Below are positions 51,239 through 64,000 of a stretch of 64,000 nucleotides of DNA, in pieces. The stretch lies in contig CM120645.1 of NCBI GenBank assembly GCA_051362555.1, positions 6,944,001 through 7,008,000 of the forward strand, in the 5' to 3' direction. Position 1 is the first letter of the stretch. The number at the start of each line of letters is the position of its first letter. The notes beneath the pieces were generated by a model. That model worked only from the letters and a program-made list of their open reading frames with translations, did not search any database and was not told the DNA's origin. A program made the translations under genes and the position numbers. The DNA is from Lingula anatina (lineage: Eukaryota; Animalia; Brachiopoda).

Positions 51239-52398
51239 CATAACCCCAAACACGTATTGGTAAAGTCACAAGACTCTTAATCCATGCACTGTCATTCTCC
51301 TTTTGCGGAAATCTGGAAGATTTGTCATCGTATCACATGACTGAAAATAGCGCTTTTCTGGCACGCGACGTACATTTTGTAATAAGAATATCGAATGGAT
51401 AGGCCTAAATATACTGGTAGCTACTTGCACTTCCCAAACTATTGAATAGATATGTTAACTAACCTTTTAAGTCTGAAACAGCAGGACTCTATAATGTGAA
51501 ACTATTTTATTTAATTTTACACGTGTTCAAATGGTTGTTTGTTATTTCATATTATTCAAAGAATTTGTTTCAATGAAAACATGTGTAGTTCCTCATAATA
51601 ATAAGCATCTATCTTTTCGTTTATTTATCAATATCCACCATTTGTGGCTTCAAATACTCATTTTGTTCTAGATAAAAAGACATCTGTTTTCGAACAATAA
51701 TGGGCATTAATGTAAATATATTAGTATCAGTAATCGGACACAATTCTATAGAGCAACATTAGTGTGGATATCACGTGTTTGTAAGGAAAAACAAGTTATT
51801 TCCTCTTCCCTTTATCGGGGTCACTCTATTTTAATATTATTAAAATAATGATAAGAAGAAGAAGACGAAGTAAAAGAAGAAGTAGTAGAAGAAGGAAAAA
51901 CTGAAAAGATAAAAAGGGGATGTGTGTCGCCCTTCCACCCGCCACATCCGGCTTAGTATAAATATATTGCCAATAACTCATAAAAAAAAAGAAGTAAATA
52001 AAAAACACAGCTTGTTGTATTATAAAATCAATCTTCAAATAATGACAGAATACCAGGCTAGTGCAGCTTTGATTTTAATTACAAACATCACACATAAATC
52101 ATGCTAAGGTGAGTGCGCGATACCTCATTTATGGTCTCAATGGATTTTTCTTGCCAACATATGTATAGAAAACGTGACGACCTACTTCGTGCTTATACCT
52201 GTATTCCTCACGTGCTTATTGGGCGTGTCACGTGACTCGGGAAACTGCATGTTATATATACCACGGCTGTTATTATAGAAAGCTGTTACAAAACACCGAG
52301 AAGCCGGACCAGCAGTGCATTGTCTAGCTCGGCCCGTGCATCGATTTTAGACAGTTTGACTCACGTCCAGCTCCGTACTTAAGAACTACAGAGTCGAG

Positions 52399-55300
52399 AT
52401 GAAGGTTGTAGCCTTGTTGTCTGTTTTGCTACTCGTTGAGTGTGCGGCAGCATCTCCTCTGTTGCAGTTTTTGGAAACGGCTACCCAGGAGCAATCGTTG
52501 GATGTCTCCAAGGACCCAGTGGAGGAGTTCTTCAATCTGCCCGCCGCCCCTGATAATGATGAAGGCGATGACGGCTCACCAAACATGATGCTGACGTTTG
52601 GTGTGAAGGGGTTTGAGGAGGAGGCCGTGGCAGAGGAGGAAGCCCCCTTGGATTGCGGGTTGGACCTGTTTCAGCTCGCCTGGAAAATTGGGGCTAAGCA
52701 ATTCTGTCTCCTCGTGTGGCGGGCGGGTTTGAAGGACACCCTCAAGACTGGAGGTAGGTTTATGTACCAGAGACCCTGCATGTAGGTGGACAGTTTTTGG
52801 GAAGACTTGGATAATAATAATAATAATAATAATAACCGGGGGGGGGGGGGGGGCTGTGTACTGTACAGTATAGCAAAGTGTATGAGAGGTACTGCAAGCA
52901 ACAGAGGAGGTAGCTACCCCTGTATGTGCCCATAACATTCAGTTTCCATTCGTACATTCGTCGTATTATTTTGATAATTCTAATAAATGATTTTGCTCTC
53001 ATGGAACCTTTCTCCCACGCTGCCATTGTCTTGGCTGGGATGCTAAGCATTCGCTATCATGAGTGTTATTTTTTCTTTAAAATTTGATTCCCAGTGTTGT
53101 CACATATTATTATTACACCGTATCTTATTCAGGGTATGTTAAACAGCAGCACGTGTAAATTTTAGAAAAAATGTCTTATTGTAGCCCTACATACAGTTAT
53201 TAATACTGTATGTACAGTAGTTATACACTGTTTGTATTGATATATTTTGCGTCACAAGAGGTTCTATTAGGAATCTGTGATCTGCATCATACATCTAAAT
53301 GTCTGCGCAGTGTCATTAAAATGATCATGTCTTGGTATTTTTTGGTTTAGTAGGTGTAACATTTTGCATGTTATCTAAAAATGATGTTTACCAGCTGTCT
53401 AGATTATAATTATGCTATTTCCTAAAGGATTAATAAACCGCACTCAATGTACGCTAAGGCATATGTCAAGGCCGTTATATGAGAAAAATGCTTTTGGGTC
53501 AGCTGCTGATGGCCTACAGTAGCAGTAGCCTTAACGCCAAGTTACGTAAGCAGGTTATTTTTTCCGGCTGTGGTACTCGTCTAGACACTGAATGGATGAG
53601 AGACTTTTTATGAAGTGGAAGAAAGAAAAAAATGCTTATAATGTATATACGTTTTATAAATCTCCCCAAATGTACGGAGTGGGTGGGGTGGGGATGCTCC
53701 CCTTGCCCTCACCTTGTAACAATCAGCACTTAATATCAACTCTAAGTGCGCGTTTTATTTTCTGATGCATACACTGATATGGTGCATTCCTAACACGAAC
53801 ATGGTTCAGCTTCACCGATTTAAGGTCTTTGTCCGCCCCTTGTTTGTTGACAGCGCAGGTCGTAGCGTCAAGTTAGCAGGCGTGAAACGAGACACGTTTT
53901 CAAACGTAAAATAATGCAACTGACTTTCAATGTCGTTCCGCTTCCATATGCGTAGTGATTACCCGTCCCTCTACTGGGGCATGGTCACAGATGGGTTTTT
54001 CAGTAGATATTCACATGTATGCATCTGGCTAATTTATGACATTTTTTAATACTGCGCAGCGAGGATTTTTCCTTGGAATTTATTTCATCATTCAGTTGAC
54101 CTGTAGTTTAGAGTATGCAATTGGGAGGGGGCAGTTTTTAAACCACCTCAGTCATAACCACACAGGGAGAAGGACAGGCTAAGCGTTGCATCCCCCCCCT
54201 CCCTCGTTACAATTTTCTGAATAGTTAGCCTCCCAAATGCTTTCTATGTCCCTGACGTCAAAAAAAAAAAAAATAATAATAATAATAATATTTTAAAAAA
54301 TAAAAAAAAAAAAACGTGCGGCGCTAGAACAACGTGAAGGAAATTGTAATCGGATGATATGTAAACCTTATTTTAGAACTATTATCTCACGTACGTTTTG
54401 GGTGTTTTTCTTTTACATTTTTAGTGAAGGTTACAAAACCATGAATCATATACCAGTAAGTGGTGCGCGTCATCCTGACCTTGGAGCACGGCATGTTGTT
54501 GTACCAATTTATAGTTGTGTCCTAGTAAATGCCCTCAGTTTTTGTCTGTGGCTTGTTTGGTAGCCTGCCATTACTACTTATACCCTCTACCAGGGCCGCG
54601 GAAAATATGTGTACTCTTCTCTATCACAGAGAACAAAATGAACGTCTATTTATCTAAAGACATATCTGTGAATATCTGGTGAAAAATCAAGCTGTGGCCA
54701 TGGTAGACGGTAATCAATACTCACCGTGGCACCAGTGTTACTGCGACCGTATATATGTCAACCAGGCTGCCCCTCACCATTGACTGCCATATATAGGTGA
54801 TTTTGTGAATTTTTTTGAACTCTTTTTAGTTGCAATATTTAATGAGATCTATTTTTGTCTCGAATGTTTAAATCTTACCTCCGCCGCTTAGGGCTGTATC
54901 ATAGTGATTTTATTTATGCATGCGTTAGATTTGGTTGTGGGGGTGTCAGTTATCATCGGCAACAGACAATAATAAAGAGTGTATGTTTTTATCAACATAT
55001 TTGGTATCTAATGCATCGAGGCTTGGAAGGTCCAGGATGAGCGTTCCATGTTTATTTTTATCTTATACTTGTTTGGGGAAAATTAAAACCGGAGAATACT
55101 CCGAATATTTGGGGGCACCATCTGGAAATTCGGCCGCTGTTTGGGCGTGGTGATTGTATAGGAAAGGGGTGACATTTAAGGACTTGTGTTTTGGGGCTTA
55201 ATTAATACACCGGATAAAACCAAACTTTGCGCTGGAGTCCATGTATCCATATAGTATTCTTATAATTATTTTGGTCTAGGGGTTTTTATCCCTAATGCGA

Positions 55301-58229
55301 GGAATATGGATATGTTTGGCAGTTTGCACGTTCTTTATTATATAATTATATCACAGTGTCAACAGTAAAGAATTTTATTTAGATTTTATGAAGAATAAAT
55401 AAGTATGCGGCTTTTCACAGTGTTTTACGATACATTTTCCTTTTTTTCTATTAAAAACAGGACCCTTCACTGTCTTCGTACCTAGTGACCGTGCCATATC
55501 TCGTCTGCCGGCCTGGGTAAAATTTTACCTGATCATCCACAAGACGGCGCTGCAGGCGATCTTGAAGTATCACGTGATCAACGGGCGAGTAATGGCTTCG
55601 GAGCTAATGGGCGATGACGAGAAAACGATCCCCACGCTGTACAAAGATAAAAGCCTTAGAATCAATGTCTACCCGAGAAAACACCCCAAAGGTTCCAAGG
55701 TATGGAAAATATCAGACAGAAGTCAGAAAGATAATATTTCCAGGAATTCCGAATCATTGTTTCATTTCAAATACTCCCCCGTAGGCTATAATAAACATTT
55801 AGGTAATTAATGAACTGTGTAAAAACGCAAGAACCGGAGGAGGTGGAGGGGCGGTGGGGGGGGGGGGGGGGGGGGGGGTAAGCCCTTTTACTTCATTCAC
55901 CAACGACAGTCATAAGCGCAGGTAGCAGAGGCCTCACCCCTTCACCGTCGCTACATTTTCTGAGCAGTTACCAGGTGATTTTTTTCCTACGAGCTTGAGT
56001 TGACAATACCGAAAATGGTTATTTCAAATAGAGAGTAAAGTGGGGGCAAAAGCAGCAGAATTTTTTCCTTATTTAGAGGGTAAAAAAACGCATTGACCAT
56101 TAACAGGTTTGTCAGCTGCGAGGAAAGGGTCGTCTTGTGTAGCAAAACAAACAAACAAACAAACAGCTAAAGAATAATTTAAACGTGATTTTACTGACAT
56201 ATTTTGTGCCCAGTTATCTGTAAATGCGTCGTTTTATTCTTCAGCTCATCACTGCGTCGGGTAGCCCTGTCTGGAAAGCCGACATCAACGCGACCAATGG
56301 CGTTATCCATCTGGTCGGAAAGGTGATTACGTCCATCCCAGTGGATACTTCTGGTGGAGTAGTGGAGAAATGCCCGGATTTCAGGGTGTTGAAGAGATGC
56401 CTTAATGCCACTGGCTTGACCGGTGCTTTAAAAGGTACTTGGTGGAATGGTTTCATCTCGGAGAGAATGCGTTTATGATCTGTTAAATGTTAGATTATTT
56501 TTTGTTCAGTTGTTGTTGAGGCAAATGAAAAAACTCGGTAAAACGAATTTTAACCGCAGTTTCAACGTTTGGCTTTGACGACCATTCAAAATATTTTATG
56601 CCAACGTTTTTTAGATCTTTTACAAGTAATATCTCTTGAGTTAGATGTGTGTTCTTTTTATACCAATATGAGATTACATGTTTTAAAAAATCAGTTAGAT
56701 TTCAGTGAAAATATGTAGAGCTACCCAAGATACGAACCTCAATTCTAATTCTCCATTTATGTTGTACTATTTTAAATAAACGGGCAAACAAAAAGAGGCC
56801 CTACTGGGATTCGAACCCAGGATCTCCTGTTTACTAGACAGGCGCTTTAACCAACTAAGCCATAGAGCCGACGCTTACGTATGATATTATATATATGTAA
56901 AAATTTATAATAATCTCTGTCCCTCACGCAGGAGATGGTCCGTTGACTTTGTTCGCTCCAACCAACGAAGCTTTCAGGAAGCTTCCACCTGGTGTGAGAA
57001 AGATGTTGCTCAACAATTCTACAGTTCTTAAAGGTAGGGGTGAAATGAATGGATATCAGCAAGGGGGGGGTGTTAACTCCTCCTCCTGGGAGGAAACACT
57101 TGGGAAAAATGACATGAAACGATCTGGGACTTTTTCTACTAATTCTGTTGGTCTCAGATATGTGTTTCACCTTTTGATTAAATATAGAGGAGGGCGCACC
57201 TGCCACATTACTATGCAAAAGGGGGAAAAGACCCCCTCCCCCCCCATGAACTCTCCTGTGCATGACCAATATGTCTCTATTTGTCTAGTTATTTAAAAAA
57301 AATTAAGATATTGCAATATGATAAAATTGCCACAAGCATAGCAATCAAACGACTAAAACTGCATAATCTTAATATGAAAAGGCGTTAAAGCACAAATTTA
57401 TTTTCATTTTGTAAATATCAAGTTATAAACGGATACAGGTATGTAAAAAAAGTGGGTCCAACAACGTACAAGCATTATGCCACTTTCTTACTTTTGCCAA
57501 GACCAATCATCACCAGGCTTTAAAGTGTCGTATCGGAGATTCATTGTACGATTTACTTTATTTTGTAGAGGTCCTTTTGTATCATGTCGTAAACCTGACG
57601 TACTACGCGGCTGGGCTGGTCAATTACGACAACGTCACCACTTTTGAAGGCGATGCTATCAAAGTGCATGCCTGTCGAAGTAAGTTCATTTTTGTTTTGT
57701 AACTTTAGGGCCCCTCAAAATGGTACTTGAACTGCCTTAGACCTGTATTGTTTTTCTCGACGTAAATGTGTTTTTCAGTTTGAAAAATTATGTAAGTCTT
57801 ATGTACTTACTCGAACTCAAATGTATTATTTTATTTTATTCAAATTTTATTAATTAATGATTGGTACATTACACAATTAGGCCTATTGTAATTTTGCAAC
57901 GTGTTACGGGAAAGAATTGCCTTTAGATTATGAATAATGTATTGGTCTGAACACAACCGCTATCTTTTACAGGGTACCACGTCCTCAAGGTTAACAACGC
58001 ACGTGTCACCTATCCCGACGTGTCCACAACTAATGGAGTCATGCATGCAATCAACCGCGTGCTTCTTCCCCCCTCAATGGCGGATCTCCTTTCATCGGAA
58101 CCGGATGTAGAGGAAGAAGGGAAAGGAGTAGAGAGTAACGAAATTCCCATGGTTTACGAGAAGATATTTCATGAAAAGTTCGATTTCGAGAAGGAAATGG
58201 GAAGGGGTTTTAATGAAATTAGACTCTGA
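52399..58229 (+). CDS. Secreted fasciclin-domain protein (TGFBI/periostin-like, two FAS1 domains, ~417 aa)
   Basis: Exons 52399-52753, 55461-55699, 56245-56434, 56932-57033, 57569-57679, 57973-58229. Signal peptide plus FAS1 H1/YH/H2 motifs twice (GPFTVFVPSD, LKYHVI, ATNGVIHLV; GPLTLFAPTNEAF, LLYHVV, TTNGVMHAINRVL). TATA near 52253. Confidence 0.92.
56796..56869 (-). tRNA. tRNA-Thr(AGT)
   Basis: GGCTCTATGGCTTAGTTGGTTAAAGCGCCTGTCTAGTAAACAGGAGATCCTGGGTTCGAATCCCAGTAGGGCCT folds into a full cloverleaf and is followed by a T run. Confidence 0.93.
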
Positions 58230-58867
58230 TTGTTAGTTGTCAGTGATGATGAAATGAATGCAATATAGTAGCCACGGACGTGGAGCATATGCATACGCAA
58301 GAAGGACCCTGCAACGTAGTGTGAAATGGACATTGTATTTAAAAAATACGGTGTATGTGCCCTCACTCTAACGAAAAAAGATCTTGCATAAGAAATCCAG
58401 CTATTCTCAAAAAGTGCAGAAATCCATACGATAGGCCTTTATATATATATATATTTTTTACAAGGAAAATATCGATATACCTGTATATATCAATGTATGG
58501 GTGTACCTACAGATCGTAAACGCCCAGTGATGAATTAACAATTAATTTCTGTTTTTTTAAAGTTATGTTAAATCTGACTGCAGAATCTCTCCTAAAAGAT
58601 TTATTGAGATTACAAATGTGTTTACAGACATTTGGAATAGGACGGAATATTGCATTAGGTGCGACTTCTTCGCGCACTACATGTATATGAAAAATATGCT
58701 AGGCTTCAGTAATAGTTTATCCATTGTTCTTATTGCCCTCAGTTTTTTTTTTTTTTTAATGAAACAGCTGGTCTACATATTATTGAAAATTATATTATTT
58801 TATACTCATAATCATAACTTGTACTCGGAAACTTTTCTTTATTTTTTCAATGTAATGCATTCTCTTA

Positions 58868-59090
58868 AGCCCCCTTTACACTGGACGGCGTCCTTTCTGC
58901 GTCCAGCAGTCCGGCCCCATTTGAGAGTTAAAAAATTATAATATTTTACGTGCCGACAACTGGCCGATCATTGAGCATTCATTCTGATACAAAATTAATG
59001 CTCGTGCCTCCTTATTAAGACCACAGCGATGCCAAATTTCATGGTCGCAGAGAGGACGCAGAAAGGACGCCGTCCAGTGTAAAGGGGGTA
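58868..59090. mobile_element. Harbinger-like MITE downstream of the fasciclin stop (probable 3'UTR)
   Basis: Perfect ~33-bp inverted repeat ccccctttacactggacggcgtcctttctgcgtcc; TTA on both flanks. Confidence 0.85.
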
Positions 59091-59956
59091 TTATATAACT
59101 ACATACATGATAAATAAATTTGATATTAAAAGTGATGATGCTGCTTTTGTTAAATCAAAATGAACACACACACACACACACACACAACAACAACAACAAC
59201 AACAACAACAAAAATATTAGAGTTTAACGTTAATTAAGTTTTTTTTATTATTTTGAAGTAATCTTTAACGTTGCTTGCTTGACCTCCGCTTATTGATCTG
59301 CTGTGCACCTCTGAGAAAACAATTTAATAAAGGTCTTGCTTTTTACAGAACATCTAAAACGTTTAGTTCAAATCGTTCGAAATTCGAGTATACATGTAGC
59401 TCTGCGGAAAACTGTGGCCAACAATGATATTATAGCACAATTCGTATGCTACTGTATTTTTTCTTCCCTATTTATAACATAAAGAACGGGGGTTATTTAT
59501 CGGGTTAAGTTCATGTTGTGAGGCGTTACATACCCCTGTACATGTGGATGGTTGGCAAAAAGCAGACTGGACTTTAGACTACATATAAAAAGGGATAAAT
59601 AAGCCAAGTTAACTTAACCGTAACTGTACTATCGCAGTATTTTAAAAACCAAATTTCTGCATGCACTAATGCCGTTACTTCCAGGATAAAAAAGAAATTT
59701 TTTTTTTTTATTTCCATGACTACGGTTCAAGAGTTGACTTTGCCCTCCTCCGGTTTACTGAGTAGTGTATCACGAGGCTTGTGTTTTCTTCCTTGTACTG
59801 CGATTTTTCTTCCTGAAAATATGAGTTTTCCGTCTATACGTCACACATCTTTAACACTACAAAATGCACTTATAGATTCGAATATTAAATCGCCGCGAGA
59901 CTTAATTAAGTATAAAACACCCAATGCACATTATGAAATTAGAACGTAGATCTACA

Positions 59957-60086
59957 TCTAATAACAGTTTAGGACACCAAATGTACAATAAATAATAAAA
60001 AAACGTACATGTAATCTAATAACAGTCATAACAGTTTAGTACACCCAATGTACGATAAAAAAAACGTACATGTACACCTAATAACT
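59957..60086. repeat. Degenerate ~60-bp tandem repeat
   Basis: ctaataacag...aatgtac...aaaacgtacatgta occurs twice, plus a partial third copy. Confidence 0.65.
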
Positions 60087-60912
60087 GTATATTACCCCCC
60101 CCCCCCAAAAAAAAAAAAAAAAAAAAAATCTCCAGGACCCCAAGTGTACGTGAGAGTTATCACGCGGTTGTGATTAATACTGCAACGTACTCATAGGGAT
60201 TCCAATTTACTTAGTAAGGAAGTAGATGTGCCCACACAGAAATCTTCCTCGTAATTTGAACCGAACACCAGCTCTGCTGCAACCTTAGACTACAGACAGT
60301 ACCGATCCTGCGTCTTACATCATGATTCTTATTTCATACTAGAAAATTCTTTTGAAATCCAAGTTACATGTACTACCACTTTTCATGTTGATGACCCAAT
60401 GTGAATATGTGCTTCACATTTACGGCGAACTAGTAGTCCTTACATTCATATCCTTATCTCAAATTTGAAACATAGTAATTTAACTAAAATCAATGAATAT
60501 TTTTTTGTAAATAAAAAGTACATTTAACTGATTATTTTGAAATGAATAACGACCAGCATGGCGTAGTCCAGTGGGTGTGGCGTTTCGTTTTTATTTTCAG
60601 TCACCGCTAGACGTCCGACTTTCACATTTTACCATTTTACTTTATAAAATAATTATAATTTTACTGATAGACATTATAAACTATAACATCCACTTTCACT
60701 GCACAGTATAGTATCTCCGGAAACTTAAAAAGGAAAAAAAAATATTAAAGAAAACATAAAAGACGGACTTAACTTGAGTATGCGTATGCGTATCGTATCG
60801 TATCGTATCGCATCACCCTGAGACTCAGGAATAACAGGCCGCTTTTAAAAAAAACCTCATTGCATAGAAATCATATCTAAGCCATGGTGAAAAGCCTTCA
60901 GATGATGTGAAC

Positions 60913-60958
<46 letters not shown>

Positions 60959-61231
60959 GGTGTATGTGCGTGTGTTTTCGTCCTCGCACTTGAATAAAAA
61001 GCGTGGGTGTCCAGGATTCATCCCACTGTTATAAAAAAACAGTACCCAGGGACACTTAACAGTGGTAATAAATACATGTAACATTATTCATGATTATTCA
61101 GTTTTGAAGCCATAAAATGAATCAGAAGTCATGCACACAGCTATATCCGGGTTCGCCGGAATTCCCAATGACCTACTTTCCCTTTAAGATCAATATTCCG
61201 TTCTTCCCCCCTCATTTACTTGGCGGCTATT

Positions 61232-61429
61232 ATGGAAATAAGGTTCAGGTATTATCGAGTCTGTGCCTTTTTATCTTTATTTTCCAGTGGATGTTTCAGC
61301 AACCCCTTGTACCCTTACGGAACTGGGGCCGGAGACTACATCGCACCCAAAAATGACGACGGCAGCACAGAACGTTTGAATATTGGTGTGGATTTCCCCT
61401 ATTTCGACGAGTACTACTCCTCGCTCTAT
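61232..61429 (+). CDS. N-terminal exon of a secreted NIDO-domain protein (SNED1/tectorin/MUC4-like); gene continues beyond the window
   Basis: MEIRFRYYRVCAFLSLFSSGCFS signal-like peptide, then LYPYGTGAGD...NDDGST...FPYFDEYYSSLY|gtaagt, the typical NIDO lead-in. An acceptor at 61287 is an alternative, which would make this an internal exon. Confidence 0.75.
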
Positions 61430-61844
61430 GTAAGTAGCAGACAGCAATCGATTTATTTCTCTTATTCCTTCCCTGTATATTAAAGAGCCGTAAATTTTAA
61501 ATGGGCTTTTTCTTGATAAAATAATGTGATTGTTGAAAACATGAGCCGAATAAAGGGCCCTTAAGTAAGTCCCAAAATAACTTTTGAAGATAAGGAAACC
61601 AGCTTGTTAAATAACCTTCAACCATCCGAATGTTTTCGTAGTACTATTCGTTGTGCTGCTAAGCTTGAATACCCAGGTAATATTAATATCTAAGTTGACT
61701 GAGTTGATGGCATTGTCGACCTAGATTCTTTGTTTACTTGTATCCACATCCCATTTTACATAGTGGCTACCTGTATCGAGCGTGTGATTTAAAACGTAGA
61801 TATAATATGCTGTTATCCAGTATCCATGAGTGGTTTAGAGACAT

Positions 61845-61897
<53 letters not shown>

Positions 61898-61902
61898 AGT
61901 AT

Positions 61903-62456
61903 CAGGCCTACCCAACTACCAGACTCGGCACCTAAGGATCCTGAAATAACCGGTATATCGGACCACGCTACCCGTTTTCAAGGTGTATGTCAGATCGCAT
62001 TTCGGAGTATCATACCCCAGAATAAATTTTGTAGCACGACTGCGGGCTCATCCACGCTCGGCTGAACAACCTGAAACTGTACTCTTACTTTAGAGTACTC
62101 TATTTTATTGTCTCTATGGGGGTATATGGGAACTTTACGACATTCGGTTTGAATGTTTTAACCACTTTGATAGGGCTTTTTTTTTTGCATTGTATTAGAT
62201 TAATGTGGCAGTCTTAGGTTCATCTAGGTGGCTTTCAAATTTATGCGCCCGGTTTTAAAATCATATAGCGATTTTACGACAATCGTTTACTATCCAATCA
62301 AAGTGACAGCCGAGCATGCCAGGGCTCATCCTGTCGGTGTTCTGGCTGATACTCTGAAATGCGATCTGATACACACCTTGAAAACGGGTAGTGTGGTCCG
62401 ATATACCGGTTAATTCAGGATCCTTAGGTGCCGAGTCTGGTAGTTGGGAAGGCCTG
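61903..62456. mobile_element. Non-autonomous TIR element with ~110-bp TIRs and a 5-bp TSD (hAT5-like)
   Basis: CAGGCCT...AGGCCTG termini, AGTAT on both flanks (61898-61902, 62457-62461), long near-perfect inverted arms. Confidence 0.8.
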
Positions 62457-62500
62457 AGTATCCACGAGGGGGTTAGAGACATCAGATCTCTATAAACTAA

Positions 62501-62532
<32 letters not shown>

Positions 62533-62584
62533 CTCGTCCGAGTGGGTTAATATTAGGACATGTAAATTCGTATGTCCTAGGTTA

Positions 62585-63676
62585 GGCCACACTTTTTTAT
62601 TTTTATGGATGACATCCTCTGGGGACCCCAAAATCGGTGCGAGCGGGCGAAAAAAAAAAACAGTCCACAAAAAAAAAAAAAAAAACTGCTTAAGAAAAGT
62701 TATGTTTTCAGTACACAGCTGGAAACACTAATTTACCACGGAAACACGTATCAAACTAACAATATGTCTTTATCCATGCTCTCAAAATATTAAAGTATTG
62801 TGAATAGGGCCTACTAGTAGGCCTACTTCGTAGAAAGGTAAAAAGTCATGAATATATATGCTGCATATTACCAAATCTATTTAAGGTTATTTTATGCATT
62901 CTGTTGGTATAGCAATCAATAAAACAAATATCAAATAAACAGCGTGTCTTTATTTGTACTCTCAGAAAATTAAAGCATTGTAAACACTTCACAGAATTGT
63001 TAAAAAAATGAAGCAAAGATATAGGCCTATGCTTCCTACTACCAAATCTAAAAAAGGTAATTTCGGTCGATGCCATTTTGTCTACTTCGACTCACACCTA
63101 GCAGCCAACTATCGGGTGACCTGTCCGACCTTCAGTCCACCAAATACCACGACGCTCTTGTCGACCCTTTTTTCACTACAAAAAAACCCTGGTAGCCTAT
63201 GTGCTGCTTTGGACAGAATGTCACTGAAATTTTCCGGGCGATGATCGCTGGCCGCGGCCAGCCTTTCGTATAATTGTAAAAGGGTGATATCTCCATGTCC
63301 AATATCAATGGCAAACCAATCCAAAACGACGGCCCACATTCTCTTTATAACTTTAATTGTCGTGTATTTTGAAATTAATGCTAGAGATGAATTTGACGGC
63401 AAAGCGGCCATATTTCCATGTGGTGATAATACGCATGCGCAGAAAGCTCATTTTCCGCACTCGGAACTACTCGGATGTCTCCGCAGTCGACAATGACAGT
63501 ATAGAGCTTGCGGAATTAGCCGAGGATTGCCGATTGCATTTTCCGGCAAATTCAATAACGACGTTTGCGACAACCGACTTCCTTGAGGGGGGGATTTTTT
63601 TTTTTTTTTTTTTGGAGAACGGACGAAAATCGGTGCGCGCGCAGTATGTCATCCATAAAAATAAAAAAGTGTGGCC
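62585..63676 (+). mobile_element. Complete non-autonomous PIF/Harbinger-like element (1092 bp)
   Basis: TIR ggccacacttttttatttttatggatgacat at both ends and TTA TSD. Paralogous to 1-817. Confidence 0.88.
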
Positions 63677-63819
63677 TTAATGGTTTTATTGACACCAACT
63701 AGGAATGATCGTTATCATACGTTAAATTAACTAAAACTGTATTCACATAAATACCATATATTTATAGGCCTACTCTACAGGGTGTACTCTCTTCAGTAAC
63801 TGACCCCCCCCCCCCTACT

Positions 63820-63855
<36 letters not shown>

Positions 63856-64000
63856 CCAGCCTACAACAAACCGCGTTGACCATCATATGACCACCTTACC
63901 TCTCCCTTGATTTATAGGGCTCTTTGGTTTCGACATTAGACGTTCTTCCTCGATCTTCCTCGCTCTTACCACTCCTTTTTATATCCTTTGTGGGTCGTTT

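Noticed and set aside
54592-54733. Possible MITE in fasciclin intron 1
   Set aside because: Inverted termini are too degenerate to support.
63911-64000. Next NIDO exon after tttatag
   Set aside because: The translation lacks the expected VNxNGxxSF motif.

Overview
This is eukaryotic, intron-rich, AT-rich invertebrate animal DNA; a mollusc or other marine bilaterian is an inference from gene content and repeat style. Genes were assembled by hand from GT-AG boundaries and phase checks. In order: 3' exons of an unknown coiled-coil gene (+), RPUSD3-like (-), LLPH (+), ACTR8/Arp8 (-), a small secreted single-VWD protein (-), a divergent alpha-tubulin with a 6.5-kb first intron (-), tRNA-Ile(AAT), a disrupted beta-1,3-glycosyltransferase (+), a two-FAS1 fasciclin protein (+) with an antisense intronic tRNA-Thr(AGT), and the start of a NIDO-domain gene (+). 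There are many non-autonomous TIR DNA transposons. The most notable structures are four. (1) An apparently exact head-to-tail dimer of a 3.39-kb long-TIR element whose junction is the palindrome GGACTAGTCC. (2) A second MITE dimer 3.6 kb away with a different junction type. (3) A decaying tandem array in the ACTR8 3'UTR built from the gene's own last codons and stop. (4) A triplicated splice acceptor in alpha-tubulin. A shift from CpG-poor to CpG-rich sequence near 21 kb coincides with a perfect CTCF motif.
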